A stretch of 64,000 nt of DNA from Epithemia pelagica (Eukaryota; Protista; Bacillariophyta): positions 3,534,001-3,598,000 of the forward strand of contig OX337234.1 in NCBI GenBank assembly GCA_946965045.2, read 5' to 3'. Below, piece by piece: positions 30,823-43,600 of this stretch (its first letter is position 1; every line of letters starts with the position of its first letter). The position numbers were made by a program, and so were the translations under genes. A model generated the notes under the pieces. That model was given only the letters and a program-made list of their open reading frames with translations. It was not told the DNA's origin and did no database searches.

Positions 30823-33102
30823 CTACTCTTTTTTCTCGTCCGTGTCGTTTGTTTCTTTGGGTGGTGGCACGGGGTTGCGTGCCTTGGTGGGATCGGTATA
30901 TTTCTTGTACACTTGGGCAATGGCCTCGTACACGTCGTCGCCCAACCGGATATCGTGCGATTTCAAATTTTCGTGCAATTGCGGCATGGTCGTGGCTCCA
31001 ATAATGCTACTCGCCACCAACGGATTATGATAACACCATCCCAGGGCCAATTGGGCCGGTGTCAGACCATGGTCTTCGGCCACTTGACAATAGGCATTGA
31101 CCGCTTCGGCATTCAAACTGTCCAAATACCGGTCCATAAAGCCAGAAAACATGGAGAGACGGGCATTCTTTAATTCCTCCAAGTTGTTGGTTCGGTATTT
31201 GCCCGTCAAACATCCGCCGGCCAGGGGTGAGTAGGCCAAGAGACCGACATTGGTATGATAACAGGTTTCGGCCAAACCGGCTTCAAAGTCTTTGCGCATG
31301 ACGAGCGAATAACTATTTTGCGTCGATACAATTTTGGGATACAAGTCGGGGAATTGTTCCGCCAAGGCCACAAAGCTGGAAACGCCGTAGGGCGTTTCGT
31401 TCGAGACACCTACATATCGGACCTTGCCTGTGTCGTCATCATCATGGGAGAACAGAAAGAGAAAAGAAGATTCAGAACAAAAAAGACCATTATGGTTCCG
31501 AGTGTGTTGTGGCTGTTCCGTAAGTGACCCTACTCTCTCCAAGACCAATCGTTGTGTTTGGGTTCATTCATTTTGTCAGGATGATGGCGGTACGTACCGG
31601 CTTGGACGACTTGTTGCAATCCTTCCAATTGTTCTTGAAAGGAATGTGGCATGGGACTTTCCTCGTAGGCGCTGGGTTGGAAATCTTCTTGTCCAAACAA
31701 GCATCCACTGTCCCACAAAAAAGGCAAGGACGAACAAAGAATACAAAGCACTGTGTGAGTCATCCTGGACAAACAATCATCCAGACACGACGAACGATCC
31801 ACGACATTGGGTGGTCGTGGATTGAGACAGCATATGGTTGCGTTGTTGTTGTTGTTGTTGTTGGATCGAGCCAATGGTATCTGCCCTTGTCGTCGTCGTC
31901 GTCGTGCTCCTCCATTCATTCTTGTTTCGTCGTCGTTATAGTCCTTGTCGCGTACCAAGCAAGTAATACTCCAACGACACAACGTACTAGTACTACTACT
32001 ACAACGTACCTGTATCGATCGGGCCAATGAATTTGGAGCAAATCAATATAGTCAGTCCCCAAGCGTTGCAAACTCGCATCGACACTGTCCACAATGGCTT
32101 GTCGCGAGACGACGGCTCCGTCGGGTCGATTCGGCAACCAGGTAATGCGATCGGCTCGGCCCGCCACCTTGGTGGCCAAAATGACATCTGGACGACGTCG
32201 TGTCTGCAAAAAGGCGGCGACCGTTTCATCGGTGCGGCCTTGCGTATCGGGTTTGGTCGGCACCGGATACATTTCGGCCGTGTCGACAAAATTGATTCCG
32301 TACTCGTCAAAGGCTGCAGTCAATTGTTCCACACCCTGGTCCAAGGTATTTTGTTCCCCAAACGTCATGGTACTGTGATAGATTGATTGATGGAATAAGA
32401 TTGGGGATGGAACCACAAAATAGAAGAGAGGAGTGGTGGAACACGGAGCACAGCGTCCAACACCCATATCATCATCATCATCATCATCATCATCATGGTG
32501 ATTGCGCGCAAGTTGTTTTTTGGTTGGTTTTGGGTAGAGAGAGAAGAGTAATAGAATGTCGATCCAAGGGACCACCCAAATCGAGCGAGCAAGAGAGGAA
32601 CGAAAGAAAGAAAAACGGAGAAACACACAAAAGGCATATGAGAGAGACCCATTACAGGACAATTAGTTTGCCACGGGAAACCAAGGCCGGTCCAACAGAA
32701 GGACAACGACCACAAAGCTTGTCTCCTCGATTCGGGAGAAGTTTTTTTTGTTGTGTTCCGAGCCAACCAACAAGAGCCGACAGATCGAGAGACACACACA
32801 CGCAAATTCCACGAATGGTGGCCTCTCGAAGAGTGAACCTACCCCATGCAGACATTGGACACGACGAGATTGGAATCGCCCAATTGAACATAGTCCATGC
32901 CCTTTTCCAAGCCAGGTACTTGTTTGGTCTCGACAATTTGCTTGCCCAATTTTCGTGGAGTTGTTGTTGAGGAGGATGACGACAAGGCTTGGACATGACC
33001 CAGGGACGACAAACCGACAAAGGCGGCGACGGCCACCAAGGAAGAACGACGAGACCGACGGTGTTGTTGTTGTTGCATCACACGACGAGAAAGAGGAGCC
33101 AT
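30823..33102 (-). CDS. Aldo-keto reductase (Tas-like), probably organelle-targeted, 4 exons, ~445 aa
   Basis: Exons 32843-33102, 32010-32372, 31598-31707, 30823-31427 join in frame (1338 nt). Motifs CMGTMTFG, FVDTAEMYP, ATKVAG, LGTDYIDLLQIHWPDR, GKVRYVGVSNET, LLAYSPLAGG, SSIIGATT; N-terminal signal plus Ser/Thr-rich extension. Confidence 0.92.
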
Positions 33103-33887
33103 GGTGAGAACTTAGGGAACGAATCGAGAGACGACAGTGAAACTACAACAAGAGGTCTCGTGTGTGAAAGGGTAATTGGCTTCCAGAGAGATCCGTTCTC
33201 TCTTTTTCGTTGTCAGTCGTCTGACTCGAAGAAAGTGTGTTGGCTTGGGATTCTGGATGCCGTCGATCCCTCATTTTTTATGAGTTGACTCACCAAATGA
33301 CGTCACATGTGTTGGTCGCTCATGGAACGCGTTTTGAGGAATGATTTCTAGTCGCTCTTATTGGTATCCAGTCGCGTATATGCTTCCAGTCTGTCCCTCG
33401 GTCCGCTATGGCGGACCACTTTTGTCGCCCCCATTCGCATACTGCCTGTAGGTTTACAGGTTTAGGAGGTTCAACACAAAATTTGGGGGGCCATCTTGAA
33501 TTCTTTTCTTCTTAGAGATTTTTTTCGGTCCATTGTCCATTGATTCTTCTCTCGGTGTGCTTTTGGTTCTATTGTGCTGCTCTCTTTCTCTCTTGGTCTC
33601 TCTTCTGTTGTTGCGTTTCTTTGTGTGTCTTTGTTCTGTGCAATCGTGTCTCAATCCCTTTTTGGTTTGTGGTTCTCTCTTGGTTGGAGTGTGGACGACG
33701 AGACAACTCACCAACGAGAAAAAAACTACAAATCACCATACACACACACACACCGGACGACGAGAGAGGATTCCAAAAGACACTCTCGAAATTCGATCGA
33801 GTGTGGTACCTGTGGTGTTTGTTTTTTTTGGGTCTGGCTCTGGAACGATTGGATTCAACCCTGTAGATTGTGTTTCACACAAGCATC

Positions 33888-36620
33888 ATGACCACCACCA
33901 CCACAACGACTACTACAATGAGTACTACCAGCCACAAGAGCAGGAACGAGGACCAGGACGATGCGGCAACGACGGCCAGCAGCCACCAAAAGGAGGATGC
34001 ACCGTTGCCGGAAGGATGGAAGGCGACCGTCGATCCCAGCTCCGGCAAGACGTATTATTATCACCGCGCCACGCGCAAAACCACGTGGAAGCGACCAACG
34101 TCCTCGGCGACACTGTCCACCATTGTCGAAAAAACCAAAACCAGTGAATCCTCCACGACATCATCGCAGTCGTCGTCCTCCACGGCCAAGACGGCCAATA
34201 CCGTCACTGCCGCCACGGGCAAAAATGGTACCACCACTACTGCGGCGTCGTCTCCCATGTTGTTGCCTCCGGGATGGAAGGCCACGGTCGATCCCAATTC
34301 CGGCAAGACGTATTATTATCACAAGGCGACCCGGCAAACCACGTGGAAACGTCCCACGTCCACCACACCCACCAATACAAGTACCACCAGTAGCACACCA
34401 CAACCCCATGGCAATCACATGCAAGAACCGCATTCCGAATACTATTATCACGAACCACAACCACAACAACCGGTAACAGAGAAGAAGACTGCGTCCAATC
34501 CTACGAGCCGCACCAATTCCATGGAGGACGACCATGACGACGATGACGACGAACCTCCCACCAATATGGAGGACGATCCGATTCATGCCAAGAATGCCTC
34601 CAAATGGGCCAAGTGGCTCGTGGAACCACCGCCCAATCAACAACAACCCTTGATTCCCAAATCGCAAACCAATAGCAGCAGCAAGGCGGGATTGTTGGCC
34701 TCGTCGCTGACCCATGCCTTGTCGTCGTCCCTCTCTCTGTCCTCCAATTCGGCCTCGACGGCCGCCCTCATTCACAAGACGCCAGACGACGCGTCGTATT
34801 ATACCCGTCCCTCCTTTTGGAAAGATGCCACCCCTCGCATTCCAGCCCTGAGCATGAGTACGAGTAGTTTGGACAACAATCATCCCAACCACCAGGCGAC
34901 CAATAGTCCACCCCGGGGTCCCCGTCGTCCACCGCCCCGGGTAGAAATTGTGCCTGTCGCGCATCGCTATGGGGCACCGGCCATGCATGTCGTACGATCC
35001 ACCACAACGACAACGACACAACAACCACAGTCACAATCATTCTATTCTCAGCGACAACCACAACCACATACGCCACAACGACGACAAGAGCAGCCCGTAC
35101 AATCACAACGACGAGAGGCGTCCGTACAATCACAATCACCACAAGAATTTATGGAACCATCCTTGCCACAACGACGACAAACCGTCGAACGACCACCCTA
35201 CCAAGATGCCACGGCGCATGCATCCAAACCGTTCACCACCAGTAGTAGTTTGGAACCAACCCTGTCGTACGACGAGTCGTCGTCCGAGTACTCCACAGCA
35301 CCCAACGATGCCTTGCAACAATTGAAACGGCAACATGACGAATTGCAGCAGCAACAAGAACCCGAAACAACAAAAGATTTGGAACCAGTCACTTTGGAAT
35401 CTCAAGACCTGGTTCCAACCACAGAGGCCCTGCCAGAGAAACATGCAGTGGATCCAACCGCGAGCACCACCACATTGGCACCGCATGTCAATGGGACTGC
35501 CGAGAAGAAACCGAATCATGAGAATGACGTTGTTGTGGTGGAATCCTTGTCCCAACCCCTACCGCAATTGTCAACGCCACGACCACCTCCTGCCGTGCCA
35601 CACGACCAACTACCACCACAACATCCCTATCCAGTGCTCGACTCGGTGGAGTCCCCTGCCACTCCTCCTACGACTACAATGACTACTACGAACCACCAGA
35701 GCCACAACGACAACCACGAAAACAATCACAACCACACCAATCAAAACAACCACCACAACAACGACAATTCACCCCTATCCTCTGCCTTGCAGCAGCATCA
35801 TCCTCATGATCGACGTCATCCCCATCCGAATCGAGGCGGAGGAGAAATTAACCTGTCGGATCACCCCGACTATGATGAAGTTCCCTTGCCACCCCCACCA
35901 CCGTCCATGTCCGAATCCTACCACCATGGATCCTCCAATGGACAACCCTACCATCCTTCTACTACTACGAATCATGCGCCTCCCTACCATTCCTCGTCCT
36001 CGTACTACGACACCAATCCTCATCCCTTTATTCGGAATCATGCCAGTTTTTGGGAGAAAATGCCCATGAAAGGGGCCGTGGCCATGGCAGCTGCCGATTG
36101 GTTGCTCCCCCATCGGTTGCAACAACAGCAAGGACAAGGACAACAAGCACAGTATTCGACCCAATCGTCCTACCACACGTCGTTGTCGTCTCCCTGGCAT
36201 GGATCCGCCCCACCCTCGTCATCCTATCCCACCTCGAGGTATCATCATGCGCCAGTACCACCACCACCACGACGACACGAACAAGCGCCTTCACCACCAG
36301 GAACAACACGACAACCAGTGCAACAAGCACAAGAGTATCCGCCACCCACCTCATCTCATACCAAGGGCAATGTCACGACCAATGTCTATTATTATCCGCC
36401 ACCGCCTCCATTGGCACCACAGGATACAGGTCCGCCGCCACCACCACCCCATGGTACAAGCAGCAGCAGCAGTGCTAATAATGGACCCATGCGAAGTGTC
36501 TTGCCTCCGGCACCCACCGTCTTGCATCCATCCTCCTCCCGAGGAGGAGCATCCGTGACCAATTCGATGAATCCAGCCATGCGACGCAAAACGACCCGGT
36601 TTTCCATGACCGATATTTAA
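33888..36620 (+). CDS. Two-WW-domain protein with a long low-complexity Pro/His/Gln/Ser-rich tail, ~910 aa
   Basis: LPEGWKATVDPSSGKTYYYHRATRKTTWKRP and LPPGWKATVDPNSGKTYYYHKATRQTTWKRP; single 2.7-kb ORF; first ATG at 33888. Confidence 0.85.
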   Translation: MTTTTTTTTTMSTTSHKSRNEDQDDAATTASSHQKEDAPLPEGWKATVDPSSGKTYYYHRATRKTTWKRPTSSATLSTIVEKTKTSESSTTSSQSSSSTAKTANTVTAATGKNGTTTTAASSPMLLPPGWKATVDPNSGKTYYYHKATRQTTWKRPTSTTPTNTSTTSSTPQPHGNHMQEPHSEYYYHEPQPQQPVTEKKTASNPTSRTNSMEDDHDDDDDEPPTNMEDDPIHAKNASKWAKWLVEPPPNQQQPLIPKSQTNSSSKAGLLASSLTHALSSSLSLSSNSASTAALIHKTPDDASYYTRPSFWKDATPRIPALSMSTSSLDNNHPNHQATNSPPRGPRRPPPRVEIVPVAHRYGAPAMHVVRSTTTTTTQQPQSQSFYSQRQPQPHTPQRRQEQPVQSQRREASVQSQSPQEFMEPSLPQRRQTVERPPYQDATAHASKPFTTSSSLEPTLSYDESSSEYSTAPNDALQQLKRQHDELQQQQEPETTKDLEPVTLESQDLVPTTEALPEKHAVDPTASTTTLAPHVNGTAEKKPNHENDVVVVESLSQPLPQLSTPRPPPAVPHDQLPPQHPYPVLDSVESPATPPTTTMTTTNHQSHNDNHENNHNHTNQNNHHNNDNSPLSSALQQHHPHDRRHPHPNRGGGEINLSDHPDYDEVPLPPPPPSMSESYHHGSSNGQPYHPSTTTNHAPPYHSSSSYYDTNPHPFIRNHASFWEKMPMKGAVAMAAADWLLPHRLQQQQGQGQQAQYSTQSSYHTSLSSPWHGSAPPSSSYPTSRYHHAPVPPPPRRHEQAPSPPGTTRQPVQQAQEYPPPTSSHTKGNVTTNVYYYPPPPPLAPQDTGPPPPPPHGTSSSSSANNGPMRSVLPPAPTVLHPSSSRGGASVTNSMNPAMRRKTTRFSMTDI

Positions 36621-37664
36621 GACACAAGCAAAACGCAAAAACGACTCGACATGGTCCAGCAGAACCGCGCCATGAACATGTGCGAGGGTTCCAGGGACAG
36701 TGCCAAACTTGATTAAATAGAATGGGAATAGAGTTGCAGAAGAAGAAAGAGAAGGGAATCGAAGCTCGCTCCCTGTCACCAAGAGAATTGTGGGTGATCA
36801 CAAGGAGCAAAACAAGGACTCGGTGGCGTGAGGCAAGAACAAAAGATTCAGTGGCTGGATCGGCAGGGAAACCATAGTCTTTCTCCGAGAAACAGAAGGT
36901 GCAGTATAGATGGAATCATTACTTGCAGCTACAACTCTTCAAATAATATATGCTACCTCGATTTCTCCAGGATGTTCAATGCTATTCTATTAGATCTCTT
37001 GTTTGTGTTTTTTTGTCCCATATATTTGACGTCACTTTGTAGGCTACAAGCATGCAATTGGTAGAGAAGAAGGAACCTAAAAGGTTGAAAAGTGTCTTGT
37101 TCTTTTCCCAAAGAAGTCTCATTGGAATATACTGTCAGTGCCCCATCAGCTTTCTGCCGCGCAGTCCGTAGACGAGGGAGTTGCTTTCTCAGATTTGTGA
37201 CGGCGGAACTATCGCCCTGGGGCCTTGGCGCAGGCAATGCTAATATGCCGAGTATGCACAGAATCCATAAATACGTGGTCGCCTGGCGACTCAACTTTTC
37301 ACACGCCCTCGACACAAACTGATGTCATATACACACGGAAACCACGCATCTCTCACTCTGTGGATGGGTCCCCTCTATTAAGAGCTTAATTGCTTTCTGG
37401 GCATGGCAGCTAACATTGCTTAACTATGTTCATCAATTCAAACTTTTATACAACCCTGTCCGCTTAGTCGATGTACTCTTCTCCCCATTCAGCAGGTTAA
37501 GACGATGCGCGAGTCGTATCAGGTAGGTCCGACAAGCGCGTATGCGATCAGGAGACTCGGATTCATTCCGGCAAATGAATCGCAAGGATAACGAACCATG
37601 ACACTTGGCGGATTGTCCCAGTGCTTCAAAATTGGACGTTTATCCAAGGGTGTGGAAGGTATGT

Positions 37665-40600
37665 TTATTGGAAGACCTCATCCTTACTTAATAGCGTCGT
37701 ACCCGTTCCATTGCTGTTGGGTAAGACATGCTCTTGGCAGTCGTTTGTGCTGACACCCACCCATTCACAGAGGGACATCCATATAGACTCCCAGGAAAGC
37801 GTCGGCATGATCCTTCCTCGGCCGACATTCAGGGGACTTTCTTCGGTAATATCCAGAGGATATTCTCCAAATACTTTGCCTCCTTTCAGGTCTCCGCCTA
37901 TGGCAAAGTAATGGCCACCCCAACCGTGGTCCGAGCCACCGTTGGTGTTAGGGGTGAGAGTCCGACCAAACTCTGATACCACTAACAACGTCACCTTGTC
38001 CCATAGACCCAGCTTTTTCATATTTTGTACATAGCATGACAGACCTTCATTAAGTTCCTCGAAGCTCTCACTCAACTTTTTCTTCAAGTTGACGTGATGG
38101 TCCCAACTGCCAAAGGGGACCACAAACAAATCACGATCTGCTCCACGATCCTTCCGTGTTTCCATCAATTTCATCAACATTTCCATTCGCTTCGACCCAC
38201 ACGCGTTTGGCAAGTTCACCTTGTCCAACTTGTCTCGAAGTGATGATGTCACTTTGAGAGATTGCATAAAGGATCGTGACCACATTTCGGCAAATAGATT
38301 GCTTGTGAGATAGTTGGCTCCATTCAAACGTTCAAAGTATTGAAGAGGGTCAAAGGCCTCGTTTAGTGGCTTCTCGTTGAACTTTGGTGGCAAATCTTCA
38401 CTCATAACGATCGGTAGAGGTGCGCTTGTATCATTCACGTTCAATGCGGCTGCAAACCTGTTGAGTGCAACTCTCTTTGCTTGGAAACCATATGGGGCGC
38501 TTTCGAGAACTTGGGAAAGTCGACCAAGAACACCGGTTCCATAATTCTCACCAAAAGGATCAACTTGTTGAACTTCTTGTTGCATGGTGTCGTGTGTAAA
38601 CAAGCGCGTTGCTGTGAGATTTTCATACGTCTGACTGGTTGATGGCACATTGAGAACACCGGCGTTGAAGAAAAAACTCAGATCACCACCCCCAAAGAGT
38701 TCGTGAACAACTGGAAGTTCTTTGTGGATGGCAAATGTTTCGCATGGCTGTCCGTCAATATCAATGGTGTAATGAGATCGTTCGCTTGCCTTGAGATGGA
38801 GTTCACCCCTTTCCGATTGGTACTGATCCAATACTGTTAGACCCATGTTGTTTCTGGCCGTGCATGTGTGAGGCACAACTAAATTGTAAGAGTCCAAACC
38901 TCCCTCAAGCATGAGAACTACAATCGCTTTGTAGTCGGCATTTTTGGGGTTAGTGAATGGAGTTGTGGCACCTCGGGTCTCTCCATGGTTGTGAATAGTC
39001 CCTGTACTGTGAAATTCGCTACTTGAAGCAATCAGCTGTTGTGCTTGAATGACTTTCTGGCCTCGGTCTCCCTCTTTTGCAATGATACTGGTAACAACCT
39101 CACGAAGACCAGCATTCAATCGTCCACTTGTCATGATTGTGGCGAGATCATTGACGATTTCCGCGTCCGTGGTGCCTGTAGAAGTAAAGTTAGGATACGC
39201 GGAAGCGTTCACATACTGTCCTGGAACTCTCCACCGACATTCTGTATCGTCATAGTCTGTAATTGACGGCACGCCAAGTCCACCATAGCAGCTGTCCAAT
39301 CCATATTTGATCATTGAAAGAAGACCATTCATCATGCGATGAATGTTGGTGTCTGAAAGGACTTGGGCTTCCGGAGAAACTATTCCACTTTTTGCCTCCA
39401 AGCCGATCGGCCGAAACTCGGGAGAAAAGAACGAATAGACGCTTGGTGCTTGGTAAACCATTTCTCCTATCGCATTCTGGAGATTTTTGCCGAATCGAAT
39501 GAAAGGGTTTTTGGCTGTCGATTGAAATTCCAGATTACGCATCAGTCCAGTCAGTTTCAAGAGCGGTTCTTTGAGAGATCCTGAGACAGGGTCTTTGTCC
39601 AGTACCACGCTTCGTGCTTCGGGATCCAGTATAATAGCAGCAACAGTAGCAGCGAGGTCACCATATGAACCTTGTCCAAATGTGACACTTAATCCTGCTT
39701 GCTGAAAGACGTAAGATCCAGTACGGAACGCGAACGAAATAATTTCGATGAATCTGGGCGAAGGGTTACTAATGCCGAATCGTTGTGCCAATCGGACAGC
39801 TAGAAACGGTGCGGTGTTCTTGTGATACAGATATTGATCAAGAACAGCGTCGGTCTCGTACCTGGCATCACGCAGAGTAGGTTCAACTAGAGAGATGAAA
39901 TGGACAGGGTTGCGAAAGGTATTCTCGGTGCTTCCAATAGTGACGACTGAGCGGACGTTCTTCAAGAACCTCGTAATTCCAAACTCATCCTCTACTTCAA
40001 AAACAGTCTCACTTGAATATTCACTGCGCCCATCTGGGTTGTGTGCTCGAACTCCATTTTTCTCCGATGTTGAGTAGGGGTTTTCCCAAATATAAGGGGA
40101 AAATGCTCCTGTCGAAAGAGACGCAAGTACAACTTCCTTGCTATCGGGAGCGGATACAAAGACCTGCTCTTCTGTAACGAACACATCACAAATACAGTAG
40201 CCATCCTCAGACAATGAGCATCGTGGATCAGCGCCGCAATTCAAACGCAACGTATCGTCGTCGAACTTCACAGGGAAGAAGGTGGGGTTGTCTTCTTCTT
40301 CAAAACGAGGCATTCTGATTTCAGTAGGATCTTCATCTGCACTGGTATGAACCACAGCAATTCTGTTTGTTCGTGGGTCAATTTTTGCTCTGATTTGACA
40401 AGGTACTCCTGGGGCAAACCAATAAAAGGGATGGTACCGTTGCCTGCATGACATGGCTGTGCAATTGACAAAAGATAACTTCTCAGATGATGTACACAGC
40501 CCCCAAGGTCTCAACCCTTCCGCGCTTATTTGTTCCGTGCACCTCGCTTCTGCAGTAGAAGCTAAAACACGTTCACCCCAATACTTTTCGACAACGTTTG

Positions 40601-43600
40601 CTTCGTTTCCTTCAAAACAGCACGCTGTTGAGGCCACTGATGTTCGGGGATCGGCGCACATGTATGAATCATACTCATCAAAACGTCGTTTGATTTTACG
40701 TGCGTTTTCCACAAAAGCGTGGTGTACACACGGAGGTGGAACGTATTCATAGTGGATTCCACCTTGAACTTGCACAACTCGGACCGTGTCAACCTCGCAT
40801 TCTTGTCCGGCGCAGTTGATATTGTCGGGCAGCGTGACGACAGGAGGATACGTACAGGCATTCAAGTCAGTAGATCCGCATAACATGTAATTCAACTCTC
40901 CCCATTGGTCAGCCACGAAACGGACCCGTTCGTCAGCATACTTGACGTCACGTTGGAGTTCAGGAAGATAACTGGAACCCAGCAAGACGTATTTGGCGCC
41001 CTGTTTCAAAAAATGCCGTTTAGGCAGGTCAGCACATAAAGGGTAACCGTCGCCGATGTATTGTTGATTCAAGCCCATTTTCGGAAACACGTCCCTTTGT
41101 AGCACCCGGATCTTCATAGGATCTATCCGGTTATCTCCGGCATCGTCAATGTTTCCACGTCGTCGCTGTTTCCAGAATCCAGTCCACACTCGCGAGTACT
41201 CCATGACGTCGTCGTTAGTATAGGATGGAATCGGAAGTCCTTTTGAGTCCAATACATACGTTCCATTCAGGTTCAGTTCGAATAGCCCAATAGTGAACAA
41301 CTGCATGATTTCACGGGCAAAGTTCTAGAAGAGAGATAAACAAACACGGATGAGAAACTTGAGCTGAGTTGATCACAGTGAACGGATAAGCTTGATATTG
41401 TGAAAGAACCACATCTGACTCACTTCATCAGGATGTTGCACCACTCCCATTTTATTGAGCCATTTGTAGCCCGTTGACTTTGACCCCATGTATGTCAACT
41501 GGTAAGCCATCAACGGATTATACGACACTTCTTTTAGGATATCCCGGTAGTTACCAAAAGCATTCCGGACAAAAATGTCGTAAAAGCTCGTAAATGCTTC
41601 ACTATGCGTGTCCGAGTTGGAGGAATCTGTATTAACCACCTGAGCGTCATCGAAATTTGGGTTTGTTAGTAAACGGTGTCCAGAGGGAGTTGTTCAAGAA
41701 GTTGAATTTGTTGGAATGCGTTACATGGTGTCGAACTTACCAAGATTTGTGAAAGAGCCCACGCCATTCGCTGTCGCAACTGATCTTGGGCAGTCAACGC
41801 TACTTGAATCCAAACTGTTTCCTTGTCCTCCATGTTATCACCACTGGTATTGTTGTGATCTGTATAGACGCTGAAGGCACCTCGTAACGTCTCTCCGCCC
41901 TTACTCAAATCATTCGCCACCTCACCTGGACTACCACAGACCACCACGCTCTTGCCAAGAGCGTTGGAAGAAGGAACGCTATCGGTAGAGGATGGAAAGA
42001 ACGCTTCCACAATAGACGGTGAAGCTTGGAGATAAAAGGGCAACTGTCCAAATTCAATAGTTTGTCGATAAGTCCCCAAGTTGAGTAAGCTGTTGCGAAG
42101 GATTTGCCACTGTTGCATATCATGGGAGGATGGGAAATTCAGAATCTCGGATCCTCCTTGCGCTATTTGGGTAATGTGTTCTTCTCCACCCTGATGCGAC
42201 TCGGCATAATCCGTAAAGTCAAACACTTGCAAATGATCTGGATGAACTTGCATCCAGCATAAACCATTTAAATACACCGCAAACCCTTTGGCATTTACAT
42301 CTTTGGCGTGACAAGTAGCATTCATAGTATGAGCTCGGGCTGGAAAAACGATATCGCGGGTGAGCTCCCAGCCCCCGTGGTTTGCATGAGCAAGTAAATG
42401 AGTCAAAACGTTCAGTGTCTGTGGCTGCTGTGCCGAGTTTTGCAAACATTGGGCTTCTGATATAGGGGAGGTCGATGACATCTCGTAGTACATGGGCATC
42501 CAACGAGACCGTGCAAGCGGTTGACAGGGCGGAGGGGCTTCTGGATCATGTTCTAGCCGCAATCCTTCGACAGCGTAAATGTATCGGGGCCCTTCTCTGT
42601 CTCCTTTCGTAAGGGAATAAAAAGATCGCAAGGTTTCGCTATCCAGTACAATGTTCAACTGTTGATTCTGGCTCGCCTGGACGCGACCGCAAACTTGCGC
42701 ATCTTGACTCAGTTTGCACGACGCCTCGTTTTGCCAAGTTCTTGGTACATTCGCACAACTTGTGACCGCCCACCTCTCGGCTGCGGGCATGTCGGACTGA
42801 TCCCCTAGCGATGCTCCGCCATCTAGAAGCGGATATTCCAGCGTGCTTTCCTCCAGCACGAAACGTGAATCATGAATCCAATAATGAGACCGGAATTTGG
42901 CAAAGACAATGGGGACCGGTCCAAAGGCTTCTAGACCTCGCGAACACAGGGGACCCAGTAGTCGACGATTGAGCACAATCCGTTGGGCTGTTTTCGGGTC
43001 TTTCTTAGTCGCGTAATATGCGACATCGACCGGATCCACATCGACTTCCTGCAGTTGAATTTGAAGCATGGGCATTAAATTGTTGACAATGAGCGTCTGT
43101 TCATCGATTCCTTCGAAATTCACCGGTGGATTGCCTACAAAACGACCAAACTGAACCGGACCTTGACATTGATCCGTTTCAGGATGATACAACCAAATCT
43201 CGCCTCCGATAAACGCCTCGGGTGGCCTGCAAAATTCATAATACCTAGAAAAACAAAGGAGAACAAAATCCAATGGCACAGAATGTAAGGTGAGAAATTC
43301 GATTATGGGCAACACACAACCTCTCCGACCACGGCACTCACCGGCCCTGTTCAAAGACAACCGAAGGATCATGGACGGTCCGAATCGGTGCTTGTGCCTT
43401 GTTGGGCAGGACCGTCAGAACAATGTGATCCATGCGCAATACAATCATGGAATTCTTGTTGTTGTTGTCGTCGCCCTGTTGGACAGTATCAATGTACAAG
43501 ACTTTTTCGTCATGAATTTCGACAAAGGTAAATCGTCGATAGGCGGCATGCAATTGACAGGGATGCGTGACATGACCGGTCGGTGAGGAGGTTTCGAATC

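Noticed and set aside
33298-33305. TGACGTCA (bZIP/aureochrome-type) sites at 16533, 33298 and 37027
   Set aside because: Three hits of an 8-mer in 64 kb against about one expected is not enough without binding data.
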